Shown here: piece after piece, positions 53,724 to 63,408 of the stretch
How the letters are laid out: every line of letters begins with the position of its first letter
Numbering within the stretch: position 1 is the first letter of the stretch
Assembly: GCA_038205935.1 (NCBI GenBank)
Contig: JBBRBK010000002.1
Span: 1 to 64,000 of the forward strand
From: Campylobacterales bacterium
GTDB taxonomy: Bacteria; Campylobacterota; Campylobacteria; Campylobacterales; Sulfurimonadaceae
Direction of reading: 5' to 3'
Length of the DNA stretch: 64,000 bases
Notes under the pieces: model-generated
Seen by the model: only the letters and a program-made list of their open reading frames with translations
Told to the model about the DNA's origin: nothing
Databases searched by the model: none
Program-made: the position numbers and the translations under genes

Positions 53724-53814
53724 ATCGTGTTTGTCACCACGATTTCATTTCATTTTCCTTATAAGCTTTGAGAGTTGGGCCGCCACCCTGTTTTCTCTCA
53801 ATGCTTTTCCTTTT
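53724..53814 (+). ncRNA. Candidate ~90-nt small RNA
   Basis: TATACT at 53712-17; 5' hairpin ATCGTG/CACGAT; single-stranded TTTCATTTCATTTTCCTT; 3' stem AAGC.TTGAGAG/CTCTCAA.GCTT plus T-rich tail. Confidence 0.5.
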
Positions 53815-53845
53815 AAAGTAGAAAAAAACCTGATAAAATGCCAAT

Positions 53846-54298
53846 ATGAATACATTATATATAATTGCTTCAGTTCTTATGCTGCTTATAGTTTTGATAA
53901 TAGTAGTTTTTTTGATTATTAGATCAAATCAAGAAGATTCTGATAGAAAAGCCAAAGCGGTATCAAACAGTACAAAAGTGCTCAGCCCAGAGCCAAAAAT
54001 ACCACATGATTTTGAGTCATTAAGAAAGATCATAAAAAATAAGAAAAGCACTGCACTGCAGCTTAGTGAAGCTCTTGATCTCATCATCAAGTATCATGGA
54101 GAGATCCATCCAAAGCTCGGTATAAGAACACATCCAGAATTTGACAACTATATAGATGTGATCATAAGGCTATGTCGTCATCCAAGAGCTGACTCCAAGA
54201 TGGTTGTGAAGTTTGACAAAGAGCTCAGAGCCAAAAACCCTACTTATGAAAAAGATATCAATGACGCAATCACAAAAGGGTTAAACTCAAGAGTTTAG
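53846..54298 (+). CDS. Hypothetical membrane-anchored protein
   Basis: N-terminal TM helix; TGA-TAAAAT 6 nt before the ATG, suggesting a leaderless transcript. Confidence 0.75.
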   Translation: MNTLYIIASVLMLLIVLIIVVFLIIRSNQEDSDRKAKAVSNSTKVLSPEPKIPHDFESLRKIIKNKKSTALQLSEALDLIIKYHGEIHPKLGIRTHPEFDNYIDVIIRLCRHPRADSKMVVKFDKELRAKNPTYEKDINDAITKGLNSRV

Positions 54299-55821
54299 GT
54301 ATGTTTTACCTGACGTTTATTAAAGGCTGATGTTGCGCTCTCTTGAAGCGTTTGTTTGTCTTTATAATAGGGTTTGAGATATGTGGGAACAGCTCTTCCT
54401 TTGATTTTTAGAAGGTCTTGTATCATCTCTTTTGCGACATCTTTTTCTTCTAGATGAAGCTTACACCCAAAGGGTACTTCACATGTAAGGTATGAAAAAA
54501 GAAGTTCTGCTTGTCTGTCTAGAGAGATTTTATATGTTGATGAGGTCTGTTCATAGATCCACAAACTAAAATCAGAGAAGTTTTGATAGATCGCGCCATC
54601 TGTTTTTAAAAGATTGATAGCATTTTTAAAATTCCCACTGTTATAGTAGATATCCCAAAAACGTGCAAATCTTTTCATATTTTGAATCTCTTTGAAGCTC
54701 ACTTCACTTGTTTTTAAAATATCATAAGGGGGAATATCAGAATAAACCATACCAAAGGTTATATCGTGACGGTCGATGGCTGTTCCTGAGAGTTTTTTTA
54801 AGATGCCGATTTGTATCTCGCAACTACTCATTGAGATGAGCATATCAAGGTTCTTGCCAAAACTTATAAGATCTTCTCCGGGAAGTCCGACGATGAGGTC
54901 AAGATGAATATGCGCTGTTGTATGCTCTTCTAAAAAGGCGATGTTTTCTTTTATCTTGTCAAGTTTTAAAGGTCTGCTGATATTTTCTGCGATAACTTCA
55001 TTGAGCGTTTGTATCCCTATCTCAAGCTGAAGTGCGCCGTGAGGAAAAAGAGCGATTTTTTCTTTGATAGATTCTGGAAAATGATCTGGAATCACCTCAA
55101 AATGGGCGAAATATTCTTCATTTTTAGAGAGAAAAAAGTCTAAAATTTTATTTGCAAGACGGATATTGATATTGAAAGTCCGATCTACAAACTTGAAGTT
55201 TCGAGCCCCTCGCTGCCAAAGTTTTTCAAACTCTTCCATAAGAAGATCAAGATCAAAAGTACGAACTTTTTCATCCATAGAAGAGAGACAAAATTCACAT
55301 GAAAATGGACATCCGCGCGAAGCTTCGACATAGATGTAACGGTTTTTGATATCTTCGTCGGTGTAATATGCATAAGGAAAATTGACCTCTTTGAGGTTTT
55401 CCATGACAGGTTTGATGATGCGTGAGTCTGGTTTTTTATTTTCGCTTATCATTTTGGCAAGCTTGTAAAAAGAGGTGTCGCCCTCGCCTTGAATGATAAA
55501 ATCAGCCAAAGAATAATCCACACGAAAAGGCTCATAACTCACTTCTGGTCCGCCGAGGATAATGGTCGTGCTTGGAGAAACTTTTTTGATAAGTTCGATG
55601 AGTTCTTTGACCTCTGTCGCATTCCAGATATAAACACCGATGCCCACAATAGAAGGTTCTTCATCGAGTATCTGTTCTGCGACACTTTGAAGTGCATCAT
55701 TGATGCTAAATTCAAGTAGTTTTGTCTTACATGTAAGCTCTTTCATATTTGCCAAAATATAGCGAAGACCAAGTGATGAGTGTGTGAACCGTGAGTTCAA
55801 AGTTGTTAAAATTATATTCAT
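54295..55821 (-). CDS. B12-binding radical SAM protein
   Basis: 'HSSLGLRY', 'GVYIWN', 'EASRGCPFSCEFC', 'DRTFN'; contains repeat-derived insert LTCEVPFGCK. Confidence 0.9.
   Translation of the reverse strand: MNIILTTLNSRFTHSSLGLRYILANMKELTCKTKLLEFSINDALQSVAEQILDEEPSIVGIGVYIWNATEVKELIELIKKVSPSTTIILGGPEVSYEPFRVDYSLADFIIQGEGDTSFYKLAKMISENKKPDSRIIKPVMENLKEVNFPYAYYTDEDIKNRYIYVEASRGCPFSCEFCLSSMDEKVRTFDLDLLMEEFEKLWQRGARNFKFVDRTFNINIRLANKILDFFLSKNEEYFAHFEVIPDHFPESIKEKIALFPHGALQLEIGIQTLNEVIAENISRPLKLDKIKENIAFLEEHTTAHIHLDLIVGLPGEDLISFGKNLDMLISMSSCEIQIGILKKLSGTAIDRHDITFGMVYSDIPPYDILKTSEVSFKEIQNMKRFARFWDIYYNSGNFKNAINLLKTDGAIYQNFSDFSLWIYEQTSSTYKISLDRQAELLFSYLTCEVPFGCKLHLEEKDVAKEMIQDLLKIKGRAVPTYLKPYYKDKQTLQESATSAFNKRQVKHT
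54460..54489 (-). repeat. 30-bp element (copy 3, in frame in the radical SAM gene)
   Basis: Minus strand CTTACATGTGAAGTACCCTTTGGGTGTAAG; 28/30 identical to 4742-4771. Confidence 0.9.
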
Positions 55822-55839
55822 AAGGGATTATATCAAATC

Positions 55840-55981
55840 AAAAGGAAAGTAGATGAAATTCTAAAGGAGTTAAGCAGACAAAGGGGGTGAAATCTGCCCA
55901 ACTACACTTTAAATTTTTAAGGAGTGTATAAAATGAAAATCTCTAAAAATGCTAAGGGGGAACATATTTGAGATGTAAAAG
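55840..55981 (-). ncRNA. Candidate ~140-nt small RNA with C/U-rich anti-SD segments
   Basis: TACAAT at 55988-93; hairpins TACACT/AGTGTA and GCAGA/TCTGC; repeated TCCTT/CCCCTT motifs. Confidence 0.4.
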
Positions 55982-56017
55982 TATAAGATTGTATAGTTAA
56001 CCATTCGTAAATCGAAG

Positions 56018-57874
56018 CTATAAAAATGTGGCTTTGTTTCTACCCTCATCCTTAGATACGTATAGAGCATCATCAGATCTTTTTATCATACTATCTTCAT
56101 CATCGCCGGATTGATAGCTTGTTGCCCCAAGACTTATCGTTACATGTCCCACCGTATCAAACTCATAACTTTCCATATTTTTTCTGATATTTTCTGCAAG
56201 CTTGAGAATTCCTTCTTTCTCCGTTTGAGGACAAACGATGAGAAACTCTTCCCCGCCAAACCTTCCAAGAGTATCGATCTTTCTAATACTTTTTTGTAAA
56301 ATTTCTGCCACTTTTATGAGAACATCGTCACCCACTTGATGCCCAAAAGTATCATTGACATGTTTAAAATGATCGATATCAATGATAATGAGAGAAAGTT
56401 TTTTGTTATAGCGCTCTGCTCTTTGGATCTCTAAGTGAAGCGATTCATCAAGTTTACGTCTGTTAAAAACATTTGTTAATTGATCCATAATGGAGAGCGT
56501 TTCCAGTTTTTTCTTCGCAGTAATATCTGTGCCAACAGACATAAAATAGCTGATTTGATCATTCTTGTCTTTTACAGGAATAATTGTCTGTTCTAGCCAG
56601 TAGATTTCACCCTCTTTGGTTCTATTCTTAATCTCCCCATTCCAATTGTTACCTTTTAAAATAGTTTCCCATAAATTGTTGTAAAAGCTTTTTTTTACAA
56701 TAGGGTTTCTAATGATATTCATCTTTTGATTAATAAGCTCCGTTTTAGTGTAGCCGCTTACTTTACAAAACGCTGTACTGACACTAGTGATAATACCGCC
56801 TATATTGGTACATGCGGTAACCACATATTTATCGATGATTGATCTAAATCGCTCAAGTTCAGTATTGGTATCATGAAGTTTTCTTTGAAGTCTTGATGGA
56901 GCGGTTGCGGCATACATGGCAAGAGGGATACTTAAAAGGATACTAAGGAGTGCAACGATAGCCGATGTTATAAGATTCTCATGTTGCATAGATTTTTCAA
57001 GCGCTTCTTTTGGCTGTAAGATAAGAATTGCATCATCACTATTGTTTAAAATATGATTGATTTTATAGCTGAAAAAATCACTTCCTTCTGTTTTTGCCGC
57101 TAAGATATCAGATGCGCTATCTGGGAAATCTTGATGTAAATTTCTCTTTACTCCTGTATATTTATTCCACGAATATTGTTCATTAGGATTCACCAGAAAA
57201 TAGCCATCTTTATCAATAATGTAGATATTAAAGATATTGGAACTAAGGGATGAAAAGAGTTTTTTAACATTTACGTTGATAATAATAGTTCCTGCAAACT
57301 TTTTATCTTTAAAAAGAGGCATTGCAACTCTGAGCATCGGCCTGTAAGGTACTTCTATTTTTCCATGTTCAATATTGAGATCAACGTTAGAGTGCCATAT
57401 TTGTGGGCTAGTCATCTTTTTGATGCTGATAAAATAATCACGAAGACTTTTATCTTGAAGTTCTATTTTTGGAATTATATGTGGAAGTGACTGTTGGTTA
57501 TCCCTATCTACACGGATAATCTCTTTTCCAGAATCATCGAGATAACGTAATTGCATGATATCTTTTTCCGAGTTTGCAATAGTTAAAAAGAGGTTATTGA
57601 GAACAGCGAGCTTTTGAACATCGTTAGTTGTTATATAAGATTGGAGTGTTGCATCACTCGCTAAAGCTTCTGTAAGAGAGTTCATATGCTCAATATGCGG
57701 AGTTAAATAGTCGTTTAGCTTACTTTGAGAGGCTTCTTGTGCGTAGTGTTTAATAGTCTCATTGATATTCGAGATATGAATCTTATAACTTATCAACGCT
57801 CCAAGAGCAGTAATAAATATACCAAAGACAATAAAATAAATCGTGAATAAAACTTTAAAATTTTTGTTGAGCAT
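56018..57874 (-). CDS. Cache/PAS-sensor diguanylate cyclase
   Basis: TM-Cache-TM, PAS 'WNGEIKNRTKEGEIYW', 'DIDHFKHVNDTFGH', 'RFGGEEF'. Confidence 0.9.
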   Translation of the reverse strand: MLNKNFKVLFTIYFIVFGIFITALGALISYKIHISNINETIKHYAQEASQSKLNDYLTPHIEHMNSLTEALASDATLQSYITTNDVQKLAVLNNLFLTIANSEKDIMQLRYLDDSGKEIIRVDRDNQQSLPHIIPKIELQDKSLRDYFISIKKMTSPQIWHSNVDLNIEHGKIEVPYRPMLRVAMPLFKDKKFAGTIIINVNVKKLFSSLSSNIFNIYIIDKDGYFLVNPNEQYSWNKYTGVKRNLHQDFPDSASDILAAKTEGSDFFSYKINHILNNSDDAILILQPKEALEKSMQHENLITSAIVALLSILLSIPLAMYAATAPSRLQRKLHDTNTELERFRSIIDKYVVTACTNIGGIITSVSTAFCKVSGYTKTELINQKMNIIRNPIVKKSFYNNLWETILKGNNWNGEIKNRTKEGEIYWLEQTIIPVKDKNDQISYFMSVGTDITAKKKLETLSIMDQLTNVFNRRKLDESLHLEIQRAERYNKKLSLIIIDIDHFKHVNDTFGHQVGDDVLIKVAEILQKSIRKIDTLGRFGGEEFLIVCPQTEKEGILKLAENIRKNMESYEFDTVGHVTISLGATSYQSGDDEDSMIKRSDDALYVSKDEGRNKATFL

Positions 57875-57947
57875 TTTTGAACCTTTTTAATACTAACACT
57901 ATAGAACAAATCGACTGAAATCATTATTTATGCGTTATAATTTCGCT

Positions 57948-58412
57948 ATGAAATGGCGAAAACTCAAGCAGAAAAAACTGCATAAAACAACCGATAAGAC
58001 TCCGACAACTTTGTATCCAAAATATACAGACAAAATAAAGGGATTTATCACAGATCTTTTTATGATTTATACTCCTATTTTATATATCATAACCTATGTT
58101 ATTTTAAATGGAAAAGAGGCGTTCCAAGCTTCTGCGTCTGCGCAGTTTATTGGTGTTTTGCTTTATGGCGTTATTTACGCTTCATTCCTTGCTATTATGG
58201 GGCAGACTCCGGGAAAAAAAGCGTATGGATTGAAAGTCGTTGATGTTAAGACTCATAAAAAGCTCTCTTTCTTTCGTGCATTTTGGCGTTTTAGTGCTTT
58301 TTTATTGACTGCGACGACACTTGTAGGATTGCTCCTTCCTTTTTACAGAAAAGATAAACGTGCCTTGCATGATCTACTGAGTGCAAGCGTAGAAATAGAG
58401 ATTCGTGCTTAA
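57948..58412 (+). CDS. RDD family membrane protein
   Basis: 'KGFITD', 'GQTPGKK', 'RALHDLLS'; start at 57948, 6 nt after TATAAT. Confidence 0.85.
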   Translation: MKWRKLKQKKLHKTTDKTPTTLYPKYTDKIKGFITDLFMIYTPILYIITYVILNGKEAFQASASAQFIGVLLYGVIYASFLAIMGQTPGKKAYGLKVVDVKTHKKLSFFRAFWRFSAFLLTATTLVGLLLPFYRKDKRALHDLLSASVEIEIRA

Positions 58413-58418
58413 CTTTTG

Positions 58419-59534
58419 ATGCAGTTACTACTTTCGGGTTTTTACTTTTTTTATTTTGCGATTGTTGGTATCTATGTGATCTTTTTGCCAAAAGTGTTGG
58501 CAATGGTGGGTTACGATGGAGTGCAAATTGGCATCATCTTTGCGACGGCTCCGCTTGTACGCTTTTTAGTTCCTTTCGCTTTTATCAAAGGTTTTAAGCT
58601 TAGCCGACACACATTTAATTTCGCGCTTTTACTCATTATCATAACCTCTTATCTTTTTTATCTGACACTTCACAATTTTTATGCGCTTATCTTTACAAAT
58701 ATCCTCTTTGGTGTTGGACTTAGTCTTCTTTTGCCCTATGTTGAAGTGATGGCACTCTCGGTTATTTCCAAAGAGCGTTATGGAAGAGTGCGTCTTTTCG
58801 GTTCCATCGGTTTTATCGTTGTTGCGCTTGTGTTGGTAAAGTTTTTAAGCAGTGCAGATATCGCGATCTTTTATCTTATATTTATGAGTTTGATGACCGC
58901 TCTGTTTGGGTACTTTTTAGCAAAACATGAAACGCAGGAGAGTGAAGATGTAGCCATTGACGAGGGCGGAGAGATCAAACTCTTTTCACATTGGAGTTTA
59001 TGGGTAGGACTGACTTTGATGCAAGTGAGTTTTGGTCCTTTTTATAACTTTTTTACTCTTTATGAAACCGATCACGGTATTAGTATGGACATGACTATTT
59101 ACCTTTGGAGTTTTGGCGTCATTATGGAGATATTTATGCTTTTTTTTCAAGGCAGACTCCTGCAAAAAAATGCACTTATCATTCTTCAGATTGCGACATT
59201 TGTCACGGCTATTCGCTGGTTTTTACTCTATCTTTTTCCACATAGTCTGGGCATCTCATTCTTTACTCAGTCTATGCATGCCATCTCTTTTGCACTCTTT
59301 CATACAGCGGCAATCAGCTACCTTTTTACGCTGTATAAAAAACGAAAACTCGCACAGCAATTCTTTTTAGGCATCACTTATGGACTTGGGGGATTTCTAG
59401 GAGCGATTTATAGCGGATATGTGTATCAGTATTTCAGCACATATCTCTTTTTGAGTTCGGCTGTAGTGGCGTTTTTAGCATTTTTATTTATAGTTTATGA
59501 AGCGAAAAAAGGCTTACATGTAAAGGATCAATAA
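58419..59534 (+). CDS. MFS transporter
   Basis: About 12 TM helices; 'YGRVRLFGSIGF'. Confidence 0.88.
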   Translation: MQLLLSGFYFFYFAIVGIYVIFLPKVLAMVGYDGVQIGIIFATAPLVRFLVPFAFIKGFKLSRHTFNFALLLIIITSYLFYLTLHNFYALIFTNILFGVGLSLLLPYVEVMALSVISKERYGRVRLFGSIGFIVVALVLVKFLSSADIAIFYLIFMSLMTALFGYFLAKHETQESEDVAIDEGGEIKLFSHWSLWVGLTLMQVSFGPFYNFFTLYETDHGISMDMTIYLWSFGVIMEIFMLFFQGRLLQKNALIILQIATFVTAIRWFLLYLFPHSLGISFFTQSMHAISFALFHTAAISYLFTLYKKRKLAQQFFLGITYGLGGFLGAIYSGYVYQYFSTYLFLSSAVVAFLAFLFIVYEAKKGLHVKDQ

Positions 59535-59601
59535 TTGATGAAAAGAAGCGACGAATCCACCATACTTGTGAGTATTATTTTTTTCATCATTTATTTTTCT
59601 C

Positions 59602-60426
59602 CTAAACTTTTTTTTGGTGTAAATCCATTTGTGGATAAGGGATAGAGATTCCATGCGCGTCGCAAGCAAGTTTGATACTCTCAAAAACTTCAAAACGAAG
59701 ATCTCCATAATCCTCAGTTTTTACCCATGCTCGAAGAGCGAGATTGACACTGTTATCTGCGAGTTCCAAAACGCCGACAAAAGGCTCTGGATCTTGGATG
59801 ATTTTTTCATTGGTGCGTAAGAGTTCAAGGAAGACATTTTTTGCGGCTTTTAAGTCATCTTCATAAGATATTCCTACGGTAATATCGAGTCTTCTTTTTT
59901 CCTGCTTGGAAAAGTTTGTGATATTACCTGCGATGATCTTGGCATTTGGGATGATGATAGTTCGATTATCTATAGGTGTGATGGTTGTAGAAAAAAGATT
60001 GATTTCATCAACTGTTCCCATAGCACCCGCTACATCGACAGTGTCACCGATCTTAAAAGGGCGAAAGAACATGATAAGCACTGCCGCACCAATGTTTGCA
60101 AGAGAGCCTTGAAGCGCTAAACCCACCGCCAAACCGACTGCTCCAAAAACTGCGACAAAAGAAGTTGTCTCAATTCCAAGTGCGTTTAAAGAGGCGATAA
60201 TAACGGCCAGTAAAAGGATAAAGTAGATGATACTTTGGCTAAATTCAACTAAGGTTGTATCAAGTTTTGATTTTAGCATGAGCTGTCTAGAGAGAATAGT
60301 GAGCTTTTTTACAAACCAGCGCCCGACAATAAAGATAACTATTGCACCTAAAATTTTAAAACTATACACTGAGGCATAGTTTATTGCCATATCAAAATAT
60401 TTTGTATATTGCTCGGTATTAATCAT
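59602..60426 (-). CDS. mscS: Small-conductance mechanosensitive channel
   Basis: 'GLAVGLALQGSLAN', 'RPFKIGD', 'IIIPN', 'ISIPYPQ'. Confidence 0.93.
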   Translation of the reverse strand: MINTEQYTKYFDMAINYASVYSFKILGAIVIFIVGRWFVKKLTILSRQLMLKSKLDTTLVEFSQSIIYFILLLAVIIASLNALGIETTSFVAVFGAVGLAVGLALQGSLANIGAAVLIMFFRPFKIGDTVDVAGAMGTVDEINLFSTTITPIDNRTIIIPNAKIIAGNITNFSKQEKRRLDITVGISYEDDLKAAKNVFLELLRTNEKIIQDPEPFVGVLELADNSVNLALRAWVKTEDYGDLRFEVFESIKLACDAHGISIPYPQMDLHQKKV

Positions 60427-60736
60427 TATGTGGCCTTTGTATATCTTCTATTTTTTGTTCGATCTCTTCATATTTTTTTGCATATACACTGATGACATGT
60501 AAGCGTAATAATTTGTATTTGAGATAATTATTGTAAACCTTTCGCGCTGAATCTTTTCTTCCACGTTTTATAAGCTCAAAGCTTACCGCTGCATTGATAT
60601 AGCCTTTGAGGAGTTTTATCTCATCGTTCTCTTCAAAACGGCGTGGAAACCAGACTGCTTCTAAGGTTTCATGTGCATCATAAAAACGCTCTTCATTCAG
60701 ACAAAGTATGAACTCATCAAGATGTTTACTGCTCAT
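60419..60736 (-). CDS. DUF309-like protein
   Basis: 'FYDAHETLEAVW...LLKGYINAAV'. Confidence 0.8.
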   Translation of the reverse strand: MSSKHLDEFILCLNEERFYDAHETLEAVWFPRRFEENDEIKLLKGYINAAVSFELIKRGRKDSARKVYNNYLKYKLLRLHVISVYAKKYEEIEQKIEDIQRPHND

Positions 60737-61040
60737 CGCGAACCGTCATATTTTTTCTCCAGTAACCTCTGCCACCTCGAAGAGAGATGCAGATATGGTC
60801 GGGAAATTTTTCTTTGTACTCTTTTAATCTGTTGAACGTTGCTTTTCCGCTGTCGCAGTAAAAGACAAAGACGCTTCCTTTTGGCTCGGAGGCGAGTTCA
60901 AAAGGGTTATAAACTACACTTTGTGCTTTTTCTATAGGTGAGAGAATCGTATCTATGAGCAGTACTTTTACGCCATTTTTCTCTAAGGCCATTTTGTTTG
61001 CAAGATACTCTTCTTGGGTCCATTCATCGGGAAAATTCAT
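60726..61040 (-). CDS. Hypothetical protein (rhodanese-like fold possible)
   Basis: 'VFYCDSG', 'SLRGGRGYW'. Confidence 0.7.
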   Translation of the reverse strand: MNFPDEWTQEEYLANKMALEKNGVKVLLIDTILSPIEKAQSVVYNPFELASEPKGSVFVFYCDSGKATFNRLKEYKEKFPDHICISLRGGRGYWRKNMTVRDEQ

Positions 61041-61167
61041 AGTTTATCCATTTTTTTTGTGAATTATAGTGGATAAATTTTATGAAAAGATTAAAGTTTA
61101 GAGAAAGGTTTGAGACTCAGAGGTTTTAAAATAAAACCAGAGTAGTCCCAAGAAGAACTTGTGAAAA

Positions 61168-61605
61168 TTAAACGTTTGTATTGCCGCAGTGTCCACATTT
61201 TTTTGCAGCAAGAGGAATCTCCATCGCACATTCGCCACATACTTTTGTTGTTGGTTCTGCTGGTGCTGGCGCTTTCTCATTTTTCATCTTTGTATATGCT
61301 TTTATCATCATAAACATGACAAAACCAAGGATTAAAAAAGAGATTGCGTCGTTCACAAAAACACCATATTTGATCGCAGGTGCACCAGCCTTGTCAAGGG
61401 CCGCCATATTCTCATAAGTGTTACCATCAAGTGAGATATAGAGTTGTGAAAAGTCAACTTTACCCATAAGTAAGCCAACTGGAGGCATAATGATGTTTGT
61501 GACAAGAGATTTTACGAGAGTTGCAAACGCAGCACCAAAGATAAAACCTACGGCCATATCAATCATATTTCCCTGAATGAGAAACTTTTTAAACTCTTCT
61601 AACAT
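61168..61605 (-). CDS. mscL: Large-conductance mechanosensitive channel with C-terminal CxxC/CxxC tail
   Basis: 'EFKKFLIQGNMIDMAVGFIFGAAF', 'IKYGVFV'. Confidence 0.93.
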   Translation of the reverse strand: MLEEFKKFLIQGNMIDMAVGFIFGAAFATLVKSLVTNIIMPPVGLLMGKVDFSQLYISLDGNTYENMAALDKAGAPAIKYGVFVNDAISFLILGFVMFMMIKAYTKMKNEKAPAPAEPTTKVCGECAMEIPLAAKKCGHCGNTNV

Positions 61606-61720
61606 ACGTGTCCTTTTGAATAATCTATATATTATGGTAGCGCCTTAGAACTTAAGATTTTGTATACGCTTGTACTTTAGACATATAAAGTGTTAGAATG
61701 AGAATCCATAAATTTTAAAA

Positions 61721-62332
61721 ATGAAAGGATTTTTTGTGAATAAAGAGAACTATTTTATTGTACAAAGAACATATATCATAGCCCTAGCTGTGCTTATAGC
61801 TTGGAGTACATTTGCCTATTATATATCTGAGAAAATCGTTAAAGATCAAGAAAGATATGTAAAACTGATCAATCTGAGTCAAAAACAGTGCATGCTTTCT
61901 CAGAGGACTGCTTTATATGCATCCTATCTTTATGTAACGTCTTCGCAAAAAAATAAAGAATTGCTTAGCGGTTTGCTTGTTTCAATGAAAAACGATAATC
62001 AGGAGATCATTGAAAATATCGCCTCACAAAATGTGAAAGATTTTTATACTAAAAAAGAGGGGCTTGAAGAGCAGTTAGAAACGTATATCACGTCTTTAGA
62101 TACTTACATGCAAAGACCTAGTGTTATAAAATTAGCTGTGATCAGCGCACAAAGTGAGGAACTACTTCCTGTTTTAAATCAAGCCGTTACAATGTTTCAA
62201 GCTGAGAATACGGTACTTGTCAATCAAGCAAAACAGACAACATTTTATATATATATCGCAACTCTCTTGACGCTTTTGGTTATCACTTGGTTTCTTTTTC
62301 GTGCGATGTCAACAAAGGATGAATTAGAGTGA
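61721..62332 (+). CDS. Membrane protein with PilJ/NarX-like periplasmic sensor domain only
   Basis: TM, then 'INLSQKQCMLSQR' (P-box-like), then TM; ends about 10 aa after TM2. Confidence 0.7.
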   Translation: MKGFFVNKENYFIVQRTYIIALAVLIAWSTFAYYISEKIVKDQERYVKLINLSQKQCMLSQRTALYASYLYVTSSQKNKELLSGLLVSMKNDNQEIIENIASQNVKDFYTKKEGLEEQLETYITSLDTYMQRPSVIKLAVISAQSEELLPVLNQAVTMFQAENTVLVNQAKQTTFYIYIATLLTLLVITWFLFRAMSTKDELE

Positions 62333-62348
62333 AAGTTACACTCTAAAA

Positions 62349-63026
62349 CTATTCCACCACATAAACCACAGGCACGGTAATGGTCATACTTTCTTCTTTA
62401 AGCTCTTTGGGAATCGGCGCTGCTTTTGCCAGAGTGATGAGGATTTTCTTTGCCGCATCATCTAACATCGTAAATCCGGATGAGTCACTAAGGGAGATGT
62501 TTGTAATCGTTCCATCTGCTAAAACAGTAAAAGTGACTTTTGCTGTTCCGCTTTGTCCAAGCCTTTTTGCATTTTTTGGATAAACCTTGAGTTTGTCTAT
62601 GCTTTGATAAAGAGCTCCTAGATACTTACTTTTAATACTCTTCGTATCAACACTTGTGATTTTTGGTTCGCTTTTCGGTGCTTTGAGAGCAGGTTCAACG
62701 GCTTTCGATATCGGTTTAGGTTTTTCTACAGGCTTTTCTTCCGCTGGTTTAGGTGCTGGTTTCAGTAAAGCTACCGGCGTAGGTTTTATCTCTTGCACTG
62801 TAGGTTTTGGTAAAGGTTTTACAATCTCTTTAGGCGGCTGTGGTTTTTGCACAGGCTGAGGTTTTACAGGTGTGGGCTCTGTCTTTGGAGTGCTCGGTAG
62901 TGCCACTATGGTTATAGGAATCACTTTAGGTTTTGGCGGTGTGTGTGTCGTCATCATAAAGTAAACAACAACAGCTCCAATGCTTACATGTAAGGCTGTT
63001 GAGAGTGCGATACTTTTTTTAAGCAT
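62349..63026 (-). CDS. tonB: Energy transducer TonB
   Basis: N-terminal TM with 'STALH', Pro/Lys-rich linker, 'YPKNAKRLGQSG'; start reassigned to ATG 63026. Confidence 0.9.
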   Translation of the reverse strand: MLKKSIALSTALHVSIGAVVVYFMMTTHTPPKPKVIPITIVALPSTPKTEPTPVKPQPVQKPQPPKEIVKPLPKPTVQEIKPTPVALLKPAPKPAEEKPVEKPKPISKAVEPALKAPKSEPKITSVDTKSIKSKYLGALYQSIDKLKVYPKNAKRLGQSGTAKVTFTVLADGTITNISLSDSSGFTMLDDAAKKILITLAKAAPIPKELKEESMTITVPVVYVVE

Positions 63027-63030
63027 AGCT

Positions 63031-63408
63031 CTACTCTTTCTTCGTCGCGATAGAGAGATGTGTATATCCGGCACCTGTCAAAGTATCGATAGTTCCTACG
63101 AAATACTCATAGTTCATCTTCGCATCTCCATTGATAACGATAGTCGTCTCTTTTGGAGTTTGCCCAAGTAGAGTAATAAGTTTACTTTTATCTATTGCAA
63201 CTCCATCAAGATAGGTCTTGCCATCTTTTGTGAGTGTGATCTCACGAGGTTTTTCCACTTTGGCACTTTGAGCTGAGGCTTTTGGAAGATCTACTTTGAT
63301 AGAACCTTTTGCGATGAAAGTCGCTGTTGTAAGAACGATTGCCAAAAGAACAAGCATAATATCAATGAAGGGAATGACATTGATAGATTCTATCTTTTTA
63401 ATTGCCAT
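63031..63408 (-). CDS. exbD: ExbD
   Basis: 'INVIPFIDIMLVLLAI', 'VDLPKAS'. Confidence 0.93.
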   Translation of the reverse strand: MAIKKIESINVIPFIDIMLVLLAIVLTTATFIAKGSIKVDLPKASAQSAKVEKPREITLTKDGKTYLDGVAIDKSKLITLLGQTPKETTIVINGDAKMNYEYFVGTIDTLTGAGYTHLSIATKKE

